Positions 37,116 through 48,767 are shown, counted from the stretch's first letter. The stretch is 64,000 nucleotides of DNA from Vitrella brassicaformis CCMP3155 (GCA_001179505.1 CDMY01000221.1:1-64000); one strand, 5' to 3'. The notes: a model not told the origin generated them from the sequence alone. Numbers and translations are program-made.

Positions 37116-37844
37116 CTGCGGTGTGCACCGACGATCATCCCCTATATGAATTTTCAAACCGGGGTTCTTTCCCTGTGGAATTCACGCAGCGTATGCGAGA
37201 GCTGTTTTGGTTAAGCAAAACTAGACAGCAGAGACACGCTTCTGTGCCATTCGCATGGCGTTCGGCAGCCGAACAAAGGAGGGAGAAAAGAACACAATCC
37301 CTTCCGGTTTCACGCATTTCCTAAACATTCGTCTTTACTGTTTTACGGACACGCCTGCCCGAAGGGCAGGCACTCCACTTGTCGATGTAATCTGCCTGAA
37401 AGCCCGACGAATCATCGATTGTCTTGCCGTTTAGCGTAGTCTTTAGTTAGTGTATGTGTGTGACAGCACAGATTAACAGTGTGTGGAGCACATGAATGAC
37501 AGCCTGGCGTATCTCTGAGACATCCCAAGTGCATGAAGGACTGCATTCATTGCATGAATAACACCATGATGAAACATGACATCTTATCACATGCAAGACA
37601 TTAATTCCACCTGCGATGCCACACGCGTTCGGTTGTGAGTAAGCCAAGGTGCGGTATGTGCCGCAAGAGTGTCAGGAGGTGTGTGTCGCCGCCCCTTGCT
37701 TATGAAGAGACAGACAGACAGACAGCCGCTGTTCGCTGGCATCATTGACCAGGCTCTTCCTCCCTCGCTGGCTGTGTGCCCGCATCTAAAAGCAGCAGGT
37801 GCACAGGCAATCCACAGCACAGTAGAGAGAGTTTTGACACACAT

Positions 37845-38035
37845 ATTTGTATACATGTAACCATATGTATGTATGCATATGTATGTGTGTATACATACGT
37901 ATGTATATGTGTACGTACGTATATGTGTTTGGTATTTTTATTTATTTGTTTGAGTTGTCAATGCGTGACTCTCATGTTTATATTATTTGTTGTGTCTTTA
38001 TTTGTTTGAGTAATGTCAATGCGTGACTTTTTTTA
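37845..38035. repeat. AT-rich (TA/TG) low-complexity tract containing a short imperfect direct repeat
   Basis: TATGTATG/TACG runs; TTTATTTGTTTGAGT...TGTCAATGCGTGACT at ~37941 and ~37998. Confidence 0.75.
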
Positions 38036-38555
38036 CAGGGGTAGATGGATGCGTCAGTGAGTGTGAGACATGGACCGAATGAGACATATGTGAATGAATC
38101 AATATCACCCGAGACACGGGGAATTTGTCCATCCACGCAGGAACCAAACAATCATCGTCATCTTTGATCGATGTGTCGGTGCTTGTCCGTTCGTCGGTGA
38201 CCTATGAGAGCGTACATACGCTGCCGTCATAGAAATATCCATGGTCACTCATTCCATACGCAAGGAGAGGGCTGAGTCTCAGCTAGAAAGTGAGACACCA
38301 GAGAGAGCCGCGCCAATGCGTGGGCATAAAGCCGACGAAACGAGTTGGGCTGAGAGGAGGCGCGTCTCATTCTCATCAGGCCACCCGAGAGCGTTGCAGG
38401 AACGTTGCGAATTGGGGAAAAGATGCAGGCGGCATCAGTCCCAGCGCGACGACATGGCGGGCCAGCCAAGATCCTCAAGGCTGCCGACCAAGCGCCCTTC
38501 TGCGCATCACTTCATTACAACAGCAGACCAGACCACGGCTCAGAGGCGCTCCCTC

Positions 38556-38855
38556 NNNNNNNNNNNNNNNNNNNNNNNNNNNNNNNNNNNNNNNNNNNNN
38601 NNNNNNNNNNNNNNNNNNNNNNNNNNNNNNNNNNNNNNNNNNNNNNNNNNNNNNNNNNNNNNNNNNNNNNNNNNNNNNNNNNNNNNNNNNNNNNNNNNNN
38701 NNNNNNNNNNNNNNNNNNNNNNNNNNNNNNNNNNNNNNNNNNNNNNNNNNNNNNNNNNNNNNNNNNNNNNNNNNNNNNNNNNNNNNNNNNNNNNNNNNNN
38801 NNNNNNNNNNNNNNNNNNNNNNNNNNNNNNNNNNNNNNNNNNNNNNNNNNNNNNN
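38556..38855. other. Assembly gap (300 N)
   Basis: N run; all three gaps are the same length, so the size is a placeholder. Confidence 0.97.
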
Positions 38856-38856
38856 G

Positions 38857-39812
38857 ATCCGTCACGGCACGGCCAGCTCCACCCGTGAGGTAAGCCGCCT
38901 TGGCCGAGTCGAAGTCTTTGAGCATCTGAAACTTGAGCGTGGGCTGAATCTGCATCGGTAGCAACGAAATGACCGCGTCCGCCTTCTGCTCCTCAGAGAT
39001 GGGGACTTCGGTCGTCGCCACGTCGATGATTTTGCCCAGCTCGGTGAGCCGGTGACGCAACGACTGGTCAGGCTTGAGCGAACTGACCGTCTCAGGGGAC
39101 ATGACAATCCTGGCCGCTTCGCGAGCGAAGCCCGACGTGATGCCATACGTCGACTTGAGCTCGGCAGTCACATTCTGCAGCGCGTCGCGCCAGTAGACGT
39201 CGTTGGCATTGCCCTGAGCGGCAGCAGTGACGGGTTGTTCTTGTAGTATCTCTCGAGAATGCCCTTGGGCTCGCCCTCGAGACACAGATTCAACGCATTG
39301 AGTTTGTCTCTGGCGTTCAGGCCAAGGGCCTGCTGGTCGAGATTCTCCATGGTGCGAGCGAATCGCGTGAGAAAGTGTTCGGCCGGGTGGCCTTCCTTCT
39401 CGCCATTGTATTTGCCAACATGCTGCTGGACAATCCGCTGCTGGTTGACGAGGTTCGTATAATTCGCCGCCATGTCGGCGTCAACGACCTCAGCTACTTC
39501 TGCGTAGATGTTACCAGCGGCAACGAGGGGGTGATCGACTGGTGGAGGAACAGGGTCTTCTCCTTCCTGCGCAGCGTGTGCGACGGGTGCGACAGGTGGT
39601 AGAGGGGCCGCTGCTTGGCCAGGACCGTCAGCTGCGGCAGCAGCACCACCGACAACCGGTGCGTTTGGTTGAGGAGCTGGAGCAGCAAAATTCGCAGGAG
39701 CAACTGCAGCCTGTCCCGTGTTGATGTCATGCCAACGATTGAACCCAGCAGACCACTGGACTTGCTGGCCAAACTGGTTGACGAAGACACCAGGCGGAGG
39801 TGCCTGTTGCAT
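38857..39812 (-). pseudogene. gag: Retrotransposon gag-like ORF with a frameshift near 39245, truncated by a gap
   Basis: YNGEKEGHPAEHFLTRF...DKLNALNLCLEGEPKGILERY continues in another frame as YWRDALQNVTAELKSTYG...LTELGKII, a retrotransposon capsid-like pattern. Confidence 0.72.
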
Positions 39813-40622
39813 ACACTGCCTTCAAAAAGGCCTCAATCTTTCAGAGATTCGCCGAAATTTGCCCGCTCAATGAGACAGGACAATCAGTGATTCTTCTCCA
39901 CCTGTCATAAAGACAGAGAAGGGAGAACCAATTTCGATTCGTTTTCAAGCCAGACTTCATGGACCATCACATCGCATGGAACTCTCTGGAGCCCTCCCGA
40001 AAGGGGAGCCAAATATGTCACAAATCGACATCACCACCATGAGCACCAGACGTGTGCCATCCGCCAGGGGTAGATGGATGCGTCGGTGAGTGTGAGATAT
40101 GGACCGAATAAGACATATGTGAATGAATCAATATCACCCGAGACACGGGGAATTTTGTCCATCCACGCAGCAACCAAACAATCATCGTCATCTTTGATCG
40201 ATGTGTCGGTGCTTGTCCGTTCGTCGGTGAAGTATGAGAGCGTACATACGCTGCCGTCATAGAAATATCCATGGTCACTCATTCCATACGCAAGGAGAGG
40301 GCTGAGTCTCAGCTAGAAAGTGAGACACCAGAGAGAGCCGCGCCAATGCGTGGGCATAAAGCCGACGAAACGAGTTGGGCTGAGAGGAGGCGCGTCTCAT
40401 TCTCATCAGGCCACCCGAGAGCGTTGCAGGAACGTTGCGAATTGGGGAAAAGATGCAGGCGGCATCAGTCCCAGCGCGAACGACATGACGGGCCAGCCAA
40501 GGTCTTCCAAGGCTGCCGGCCATGCGTCTCTCCGCGCATCACTTCATTACAACAGCAGACCAGACCACGGCTCAGAGGCGCTCCCTCCACTAGAGCAGTC
40601 CTCGCCACTCATCTCTTGGTCG

Positions 40623-40922
40623 NNNNNNNNNNNNNNNNNNNNNNNNNNNNNNNNNNNNNNNNNNNNNNNNNNNNNNNNNNNNNNNNNNNNNNNNNNNNNN
40701 NNNNNNNNNNNNNNNNNNNNNNNNNNNNNNNNNNNNNNNNNNNNNNNNNNNNNNNNNNNNNNNNNNNNNNNNNNNNNNNNNNNNNNNNNNNNNNNNNNNN
40801 NNNNNNNNNNNNNNNNNNNNNNNNNNNNNNNNNNNNNNNNNNNNNNNNNNNNNNNNNNNNNNNNNNNNNNNNNNNNNNNNNNNNNNNNNNNNNNNNNNNN
40901 NNNNNNNNNNNNNNNNNNNNNN
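40623..40922. other. Assembly gap (300 N)
   Basis: N run. Confidence 0.97.
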
Positions 40923-41589
40923 AATGCATTGATATATTCAGGTCAATCACGCATCGGTCCGTCATGATAACGCAGAGACACGGCAGAAAAATTTGGTGGT
41001 GGGGGGGCGTCACCACACCACAGAAAGAAAGAAAGAGAAACACACACACAAAGAAAAAACACACACACACACGCGCGATCCTCTTCAATGACGTTTGGTG
41101 TACTCTTCCTCGTCACGAGGGTCCACGATACGCTGTCTCGATGTTACCTCCTGTTAGACCTTTTTGCTCTTCTCGGCGTCCCTTTCTGATCTCTAAGGAG
41201 CTGAGGCACTTCGGATCTCCCGCAAGTGAGACAGTGGTGTGCCCCACATGAGCAGATGAGCTTCTATTATTGAGACAAACATTTTCAAGTTACGCGGTAG
41301 TGCAGCGGCTGATGAGGGCCCGGTGGTAAAGTGATTGATGTATGAGGCGGCGCCGATTCATTGGGACGAACCGACTCCGTCAATCGTCAATGTGGCCCGC
41401 ACTATTCAAACTCAGAGCCTCTCCGTCAGTCCGACGACCCCAGACGCATCATCAAGCAGTAGATCTCTGTCCGGCCTTCTTTCCCTCACTCCATATCAGC
41501 CACTTTCGGGTGTTTGAACCAGTTCCCTGTTGCAAGAGAATGGACCAAACATATTGCCTGTTGGACCATGGATTGTTTCCCTCACTCAC

Positions 41590-43940
41590 CTGCCGCCTCA
41601 CGGAACGTGCACACCTTGGGCCTGTCACCTTTCGCCATCTCAATGGTGTCCTTTGCTTCGCCGCACTGGTTTCCAAAAGCCTTTGGGTGCTTGGTACTCA
41701 GCTGCACGCAATCCTTCCGGTCAGGCAGGTTCGGATAGTCCTCTCTGGGAGCGTCACATTCGGATGTGGGGTTCTCCTTTGTCGGTGTCCTCTCGCAAAT
41801 GACTCGGCCAGCCGTGACAAGCTGGTTGAACAGCTTGGGGGTGCAGCAGATGGGCTTGGGGGTGAATGATCTCGTCTCCAGTTGCGTTATGACAGATTCA
41901 TGGAGAGCTGCATTAGACAGGCCACAGCACAGTACATGCTTTGTTCTTCACATATTACGACGTCAGCGCCTACCAAGATTGGTGTCTCTTCGCCAGGCAC
42001 ACCGCACTGCAGGCCTCCAGCTGTCCTCCACCTTATTGTAAAGGCCTGAACCGGCACGATGGATGTCGTACGTATGTGCATTCGTCGGCTCGTGTTTGCT
42101 TTTCGCCGACCTGAGATGTGTTTCAGCACCGTGTACATATCCCATCTGTCAAAGTGATGCACGTCGGCGTAGTCGGTCTTGGATCGCAGCCGCAGTCCAC
42201 CCACGTGCACGGCTGAGTTCAAAAGCCATTCGAATGAGACCTCATCGAATCTGGTGAGGCAAAACACATGTGCAAAAACATTGGTGCGGGCTGATTGATC
42301 TCTCTTCTCTGAGTGCGCACTCATGGTCGCAATTGAACCAAACGTTATGAACATCTGAGACATCGCATAAGCACCCAGAGACACAAAACAGAAAACGGAA
42401 TATTCCTAACACTCACGCATCCTCGTCCTTCTCACATCCAGCGAAGTCGTTTGAGACCTCTTTCCCAGGGAAACCTATGCAAGCCGGGAAGGAGATAGGG
42501 ATGATTTCTCTTTGGCCTTTTACCAGGCAGGGACTCATTCAGTGCCAAGGCGTGGTAGATGCTTTTGATGTTGGACGAATAGTTTCTCGGCAAATTGACA
42601 TATCGACCCATCCAGTCCGCCTTCATGCCTTTGGGCGTGTGCTCCGCCAAGATTGCCTCAAAGAGGCCAACGAATTGGACTTGCACCTGGGTCTCGTAAG
42701 GTTTTACCGGTTGCAACACATATGATGGCGTGGAAAAGTCCATTCCTTACCGGTTCGTAGCAATCCCGTTCCTTGTCTTTGTGAAAGCCCCGTTTGAGGA
42801 CCTTTTCGACGTTCTCCCAGTCCTTGGGGCTCGACAATGAGCAGCCAGCCTTGTAGCCTTCAGAATATGGCAGCCCCAGTCGAGCCAGAGCTCCAGCCAG
42901 AATCAAGGCCTGAGCCGCCCCCCTCTGCGATGCGGACGAGAATAGATGGGTGATATCAGAGTTCCGCCCTGTCTGCGTGTCTCTGTGCGCTCACTGATCC
43001 ACTTACCGACCAGCCGAAGATGAAGATTCGGTCCTTCTTTGCCAAGAAGCGATAGACAGTGCTCAGCCACTTGATTTGAAGAGTTATTCATCCCACATCA
43101 AACGATGCGAGAAAGAGAGAGAGAGAGAGAGATCATGGATGGACCGAGGGCACTTGGAAGCATTTTTGCACCTTGTATCCACGGATGACGCCTTCAGAGA
43201 CTTCATGCCCTGTCATCGCACTGAGCGGCGCGACGTTCGTGGGACCAATGCCCACCTTAGTGCTGGTGCCGATCCCTGCAGCCGGACCGATACGTACCAT
43301 TGGAGCCTGTCTACTGAAGAGCGAGACAAGCACCGTGAAAGTAGATCTTCCGATGACTCCATGGCTGAGCGATGGCGGCTGCAATACCTTCCCTGTCGGC
43401 TAGAACGCCCAGCTCATTCCACCACTTGGACAGTCGAGGCAGGTGAGCATCGGACCTAAGCAGTCCACCAGCCCACACCCACACCCACACTCAAACACGC
43501 AGAGGCAGGCCATCGAGGTCTTTTTGTGCCTACTGTCTCAACTCGCCAATGCCTTCGGTCCGTCGGAAAATGTCGGCCAAGTAGGACAGCCACAGCTTAT
43601 TACCATCCGGCGCCACGATGCGAGAGCTGCATTCAGCGCCACACACAGTGCAATGCCATGCACCACAGACAAGGCAGCACATATTTTGCGTGTCTGTGTC
43701 ACCCCGTTCCGTCGAAGAAGACCGACAGCTGCCTTTCGGGCGACTGGCTTGCAGAGCTTGCCGACTCAGACGTGTCATGGGTGTCGTTGAGCACTGCAGA
43801 CGTCACGAACAGCGGCAGAAGGCAAGCGAGAAACGCTCCCACAGAATAACACGGCAACAGCGTTCTGAAGTTCCGGTGGTTCGCACGGGAGGGGATGGGC
43901 CCCCAGTCTTGGTATGTAAATTCATACCACACAATCAATC
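41590..43940 (-). CDS. Probable multi-exon hypothetical protein; structure unresolved
   Basis: Splice-flanked open blocks: ILAGALARLGLPYSEGYKAGCSL...CYEP, VQFVGLFEAILAEHTPKGMKADWMGRYVNLP, YDIHRAGSGLYNKVEDSWRPAVRCAWRRDTNL spliced in frame to ALHESVITQLETRSF...KVCTFREAA (41908-41591). No family recognised. Confidence 0.4.
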
Positions 43941-44269
43941 AGAAAAAGCGTGTGTCCGGTCCACACGGATATCCATATACACACACACACACACGAACGT
44001 ATGAAGGAATCAAGCAAGCAATTGCAAGCACCACGGGGCGGGGCGTCTCTGTCTCTTCAGACATATATACAATCGAGGCCGCACGCAAGTCCGAAGAGCC
44101 GATGTGAGAGAAGCTCCAGGTGAGCTTAGCCTAGAACAAGGGGAAAGGGGGGAAGGCATCGTCCCATCTCTCGGCATCCCGCTGCGCCTGACGCACCCCT
44201 GCACACATACACACACGACACTCCATCCACGACACACACCGCCCGGTCGCTCAGCTAGCTAGCTTACTC

Positions 44270-45700
44270 TCAGACGCCTGCCAATAGTTGAACAGCAGGA
44301 TGGCCGCACGAATCAGCCACACCTTCCACCTGCAGACAGACAGACAGACAGACAGGGCAAGCAAGGGCATCGATTCCTCCTTCTATGCATTCACAACGCG
44401 CACGAGCACCTACCTCTTTCGGCGTTGCTGGTTCTCGGCTTCGTTTTGCAGCGACAGACTCTTCCTCAGCGCCGCCCCCTGCACACACAACCAACCAGNN
44501 NNNNNNNNNNNNNNNNNNNNNNNNNNNNNNNNNNNNNNNNNNNNNNNNNNNNNNNNNNNNNNNNNNNNNNNNNNNNNNNNNNNNNNNNNNNNNNNNNNNN
44601 NNNNNNNNNNNNNNNNNNNNNNNNNNNNNNNNNNNNNNNNNNNNNNNNNNNNNNNNNNNNNNNNNNNNNNNNNNNNNNNNNNNNNNNNNNNNNNNNNNNN
44701 NNNNNNNNNNNNNNNNNNNNNNNNNNNNNNNNNNNNNNNNNNNNNNNNNNNNNNNNNNNNNNNNNNNNNNNNNNNNNNNNNNNNNNNNNNNNNNNNNNCA
44801 CCCCGACAGAGAACGGTGTACGGTATGTCATGTTGTGTGTGCCTGGGGTCCGTACGGTACGCACCTCTTCCCTTCGTTCATCGATGAGCCTCTCGATGTC
44901 CCTCTGGAGCATCTCTTGCTCTTCCTTCAACACATCACACCAATACTGAATGAACAACACACACACACGCGCCTTCGCTAACGCGTCAACACAGGACAGC
45001 ACAGGACAGCACAGCACAGCACAGCCAGCCTCTCTGTGAGTCGCTGGCTCAGTCACTCACTGACCGGCTGCAGTCGTCTTGGTGTGGCGGTTAGGATGCG
45101 TCGTCTGAGGTCCCGCGTGGCCTCCTGCATTCTCTTGCGAGCCTCGCCCTCGAACTCGGGTGACGCGCCCAACACGACGGCAAAGGCCTCTTGGAACTCG
45201 TCGCTGCTCCGCTCGCGCAACGCCTCAGCATACAGCCGGAAGTAGTGCTCGAGCTCCGACGACAGCCGCGCCAAAATGGCATCCTCATCCAGCCGCATGT
45301 GGTGCCTCTGTCTGCCTCTTTGGCTGTGACGCAGCTGCGATTGCGATGACAGTAGTGCGGCTGCTCGCGAGCGGACTTTGTCGATGAGGTCTTGGAGCGT
45401 CGAGCACAGCTGCACTGCCAGCTGCTCGGGCGTGACGGCCTGGGCGAACTCCACTATTGCCCGCCGGGTGTCGTCCATGGCCTCGATGATATCCCTGTCG
45501 TCAAATACCCCACCAAGGACCGCCGTGTGGTCTGATTCAGCAGGAGGCGAATGCAGATCCGCACATAGTAATGCAGGTGAAGCAGAGGGTGGGAGATGAC
45601 GTAAGCCGACACTGCAAGCGGGGCTGTTGATGGGTGCTCGTGGCCGCGCCAGGGAACAATGCAGGCCGGGGAGCTTCGCAGCTTCAGCGAGTGTGTCCAT
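44270..45700 (-). CDS. Hypothetical helical/coiled-coil protein spanning a gap
   Basis: Exons ~45531-45065 (DHTAVLGGVFDDRDIIEAMDDTRRAIVEF...EARKRMQEATRDLRRRIL) and 44945-44865 (YWCDVLKEEQEMLQRDIERLIDERREE) have canonical splice sites. Putative ATG 45700. Confidence 0.55.
44499..44798. other. Assembly gap (300 N)
   Basis: N run. Confidence 0.97.
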
Positions 45701-45761
45701 CCGAAGGGTCAACACGACGAATGAGACCTGCAGCAGTCTCGGTCCCAGATCAAGGCAAGAG

Positions 45762-45855
45762 CGGTTCACAAGCCTCATAGCTTGTGGAAAGGGCGTTTTT
45801 CCCCACGACGGTTCACAAGCCTCATAGCTTGTGGAAAGGGCGTTTTTCCCCACGA
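45762..45855. repeat. Perfect 47-bp tandem duplication with internal hairpins
   Basis: CGGTTCACAAGCCTCATAGCTTGTGGAAAGGGCGTTTTTCCCCACGA at 45762-45808 and 45809-45855. Confidence 0.95.
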
Positions 45856-45898
45856 GCGTGACGATCGGCTGAAACGCGAGCTCGCAACCACACACCCC

Positions 45899-45910
45899 TG
45901 AAACCGCTCT
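45899..45910 (+). promoter_or_regulatory. Candidate promoter motif TGAAACCGCTCT, copy 3
   Basis: In the divergent spacer, ~90 bp before the FKBP ATG. Confidence 0.45.
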
Positions 45911-45999
45911 GCGAATCCGAAGATCTTTGCCACAAGAAAAGCGGCATCTAAACAGCTGGAACACGAAACAGTAGGAAGCTGTACGTCTTCGTTGGACAC

Positions 46000-47080
46000 A
46001 TGATGCTCATCGTGATTCAGCTTGCCGTGGTCAGCCTGGGCCTCGTTGTCTGTGCAGCAGCCTTCCACCCAGTCACCCGGTCATCTGCCCTCAGCTTTCC
46101 ACGCGCAGCCTTCTCTCACAGACAGCCTTATGTTTCATCAACGGCATCACCACTACCACCACTGCCGGGCGAGACCGTGCTGCTGAGCACCGTGGCTGAG
46201 GCGCCAGCACCGGCACCGCCAGCAGCAGAGGCAGAGGAGGCCGATGCTGCATTGGCTGCCGGTGTGGCTCGCGAGGAGGATGTGTCTCGTGACGGCGGCG
46301 TCGTGAAGCGAGTGGTTCGTGAGGGCTACGGGAAGCTGGCGCAGGGCGGGGGCTTCGTCAAGCTGCGCTACACGGGGAAGCTGGCGGAGACCGGTCGGGT
46401 GTTTGCCAGAGGGGATGACTTTCGGTGCATGGTGGCTGACGGCTCGATGATCAAGGGTTGGGATCTGGCTCTGCGGACGATGAAGGAGGGCGAGGTGGCC
46501 GAGGTGGTGATAGCGCCCAAGTATGCCTACGGGGTCAAGGGGGTGCCGCCGGTCATCCCGCCCAACGCGCCGCTGCTGTTCGAGATCGAGCTGACCGAGT
46601 ACGAGGGGACGCCTTATGACCTCAAGTTGGGGCTCAACATCGACAAGATCGAGACCGACACAGAGAAAAAGAGGAAGGACAAGGAGAAGGCAGAGGCTGC
46701 ACTCACCGATATGGAAAAGTTCAAAAACTGGCTCAACAGCCTGCAGTTCTTCGGGTCAGTCAGTGCGGGACAGAGGGAGTCAGGCGGCCGCACACCACTC
46801 TGTATATCCGTTGATTTGCTGATTGCATTGGTTGGTTGGCTGCATGTGTGTGTCCACCAGAGTCGTGACGGCGGGGTACCGTCGTGGCGTTCCCTGGTAC
46901 GTGAACCCTTTGGTCCTGTACCCCACGTGGTTCTTCATTGTGGGAGTGCTCTTCTACGTCACATTCAGCCTGGGGGGCCTCAACATCGGCGGGCCGCAGC
47001 AGGAGCAGTCCCCCGACAGCTTCAGCATCATCAAGACCATCATCGACGGATTCAAAGGAGGACCCCAACCTGACACATGA
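46000..47080 (+). CDS. FKBP: FKBP-type peptidyl-prolyl isomerase, probably plastid-targeted, with C-terminal TM; join(46000..46754,46861..47080)
   Basis: GGVVKRVVREGYG...YTGKL...MIKGWDLALRTMKEGEVAEVVIAPKYAYGVKGVPPVIPPNAPLLFEIEL. Signal peptide ends AAA-F, followed by an S/R-rich transit-like segment. C-terminal PWYVNPLVLYPTWFFIVGVLFYVTFSLGG helix. Confidence 0.9.
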
Positions 47081-47557
47081 CACACACACACACACACAGT
47101 GCAGTGGGGGCGGGGTGGGGTGACAGTGGCAGCGCTCGATGTTTGTTCGCTGGCTTGGAGCTGGTGTGTGCGCGGGAGCGCACTGGTTTTTGTGTGTTTC
47201 GCTCGTGTGGTGTGTGAATGAGGGCCGTGCGTGTGTGCAGAGATCTTTGACAACCAGACGAGAGAGAGGCATGAGTTTTTGTCCAGGGGGCAGTCAGAGA
47301 GGGTGTTGGTGTCGTGACTATCGTGACTGACATCGCAAATACAACTGTCACGCTAAGCTAATGCATCCGTATGTCCGTTCATTGAGGCATTCCCTGCACT
47401 GAGGGGCCTGCACCGCACCTGACCTGCACCGTTCCCATTTCATCCACCATGGACCCTATCCTATAGCTCATAATACAGCAGAAGATATGCACATCAGGCA
47501 AGTCAGGGCGGCAGAGCAGAACAAACATGCCGGCAATCTCTTGCATGCATCAGTCGG

Positions 47558-48767
47558 TCATTCCCTTTGATCAAACGCCGCAGCGAGCCTTGCCCCGCTC
47601 CCCGACTGCAGCCGATATCCATTCAGCCGAAGAAGAGCCGCCAGTGCGTCTTGCCTCGATGAGAACCACACCCGCACAAACGCCTCGCGACTCCCAGTTC
47701 TGAAAGGCTGCACTAGCGTCGCTCTCAGCCCGTCAGCCAGCCGCTGAAACTCTGGATCTGTCCCAAACGCATTATCCGACTCGGCTGCACTGGTTGGCTG
47801 CTCGATCTGGACTCTGAGCGTGTGTGTGGTGGGCTCTTGTGCTGGTGCGGGTGCCGACGTGCTGCTGCTGCTGCTAGGATGGGTGGGCTGTCTGCTGTCG
47901 TCTTGTTGCAGTGAATCCAGCAAGGCCTGGAGAACTCGGCTTTTGGCCAGCCAGTGGGGAACGAGGGCCTCCACCTCCTCCATTGACGCCTCGGCGCGAC
48001 AGATGGCGCATCGAAATGCCTTCCTCTCGAGCTGTGAAGGATCGAGCAGGCCGGCCTCCACGGCAGCCAGATGCTCGAGATACTCTGAGGTCTCCTTCTC
48101 CCACGCACGCCTGCCGGCCTCAGTGCCAAACCACCAGGACACAAGGCACTCTCTGTGGTGGAGGTGCAGACAGGAGCCGATGCGGACAATCGCTGAAAGG
48201 AGGTCCTCCTCCTGGGCGTCGTCTTGGTGCTGTTGTTGTTGGTCGTCGTCACGCAGGGGCGTCATGCAGATCGGACAGTCGCCTTTAAGCGCAGTGGCCT
48301 GCATTGCAGTCACCCTCTCGTTGAGAGCTGCCACCAGGCCGAACAAAGAGGCGTCATCGTCGCCTGAGAGGAAGGCCTCACAGATCCCCATCAACTCGTC
48401 CTCCTGGACCTCGTCAATGCCGCGTGAGTTGATTAGCTTGACGGACAGTACGTGGCTGGACGGGCTCCACCGGCACTCAAGCACCACTCGAACCAGTTGC
48501 TATGACAAGCAAACGAGGAGAGAGAAGCCATGGATCGATCAGCAAGCCAGTGTGTGTCCGCCATAATTCCTGAGGGTGCAGCAGGCAGCTGCATATGTGC
48601 GTGCGTACCTTCTTGTGATCCCCGGCCGTGTAGGGGTAGACGTCCACTTTGAAGTGCCGCACGGGCGGCCCGTCGACAGCCGCGTAGACGTCTTCGTAAG
48701 TGCTCTCAATGAACTCTCGCTGCGTGTCATACACGTCCTGCTCCACCACTATCGACACCTCCTTCAT
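47558..48767 (-). CDS. RWD + RING E3 ligase (RNF25-like) with C-terminal RRM-like segment; complement(join(47558..48499,48609..48767))
   Basis: RWD-like N-terminus (FKVDVYPYTAGD...VRVVL...VKLINSRGIDE...SLFGLVAALNE). RING-H2-like CPIC...SCLHLHHRECL...CAIC. Tail FVRVWFSSRQDALAALLRLNGY. Confidence 0.8.

Larger units (their letters stand above)
38036..40622 (-). mobile_element. LTR retrotransposon fragment (probably Ty3/gypsy-type): two LTR copies, PBS, gag
   Basis: Highly similar direct repeats 38036-38555 and 40065-~40590. The right copy extends to a TGTCA end at 40016 (…TGACA on the element strand), followed after 4 nt by TGGCTCCCC (PBS-like), then a gag ORF. Both LTRs run into N gaps. Confidence 0.82.

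Noticed and set aside
37146-37195. SECIS element downstream of the SelJ-like gene (ATGA...AAA hairpin)
   Set aside because: ATGA lies in a Watson-Crick stem, only ~6 nt separate it from AAA, and no opposing GA quartet is apparent; not canonical by eye.
38241-38555. Duplicated ORF MVTHSIRKERAESQ... (also at 40271)
   Set aside because: It is a translation of the LTR sequence; the copies diverge by frameshifts.
39240-39255. Programmed ribosomal frameshift in gag
   Set aside because: No slippery heptamer, and it falls mid-capsid rather than at a gag-pol junction; decay or sequencing error is more likely.
40985-41012. Polypurine-tract-like G run followed by CGTCAC as another LTR start
   Set aside because: The following sequence does not match the LTR and the orientation conflicts with the gag element; unsupported.
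41887-42384. Pif1/Helitron helicase (ADVVICEEQSM resembles Walker B)
   Set aside because: No Walker A, and the segment lies in a probable GT-AG intron whose removal joins other frames.
45762-45855. CRISPR-like palindromic repeat
   Set aside because: Only two abutting copies, no spacer, no cas genes, eukaryotic context.
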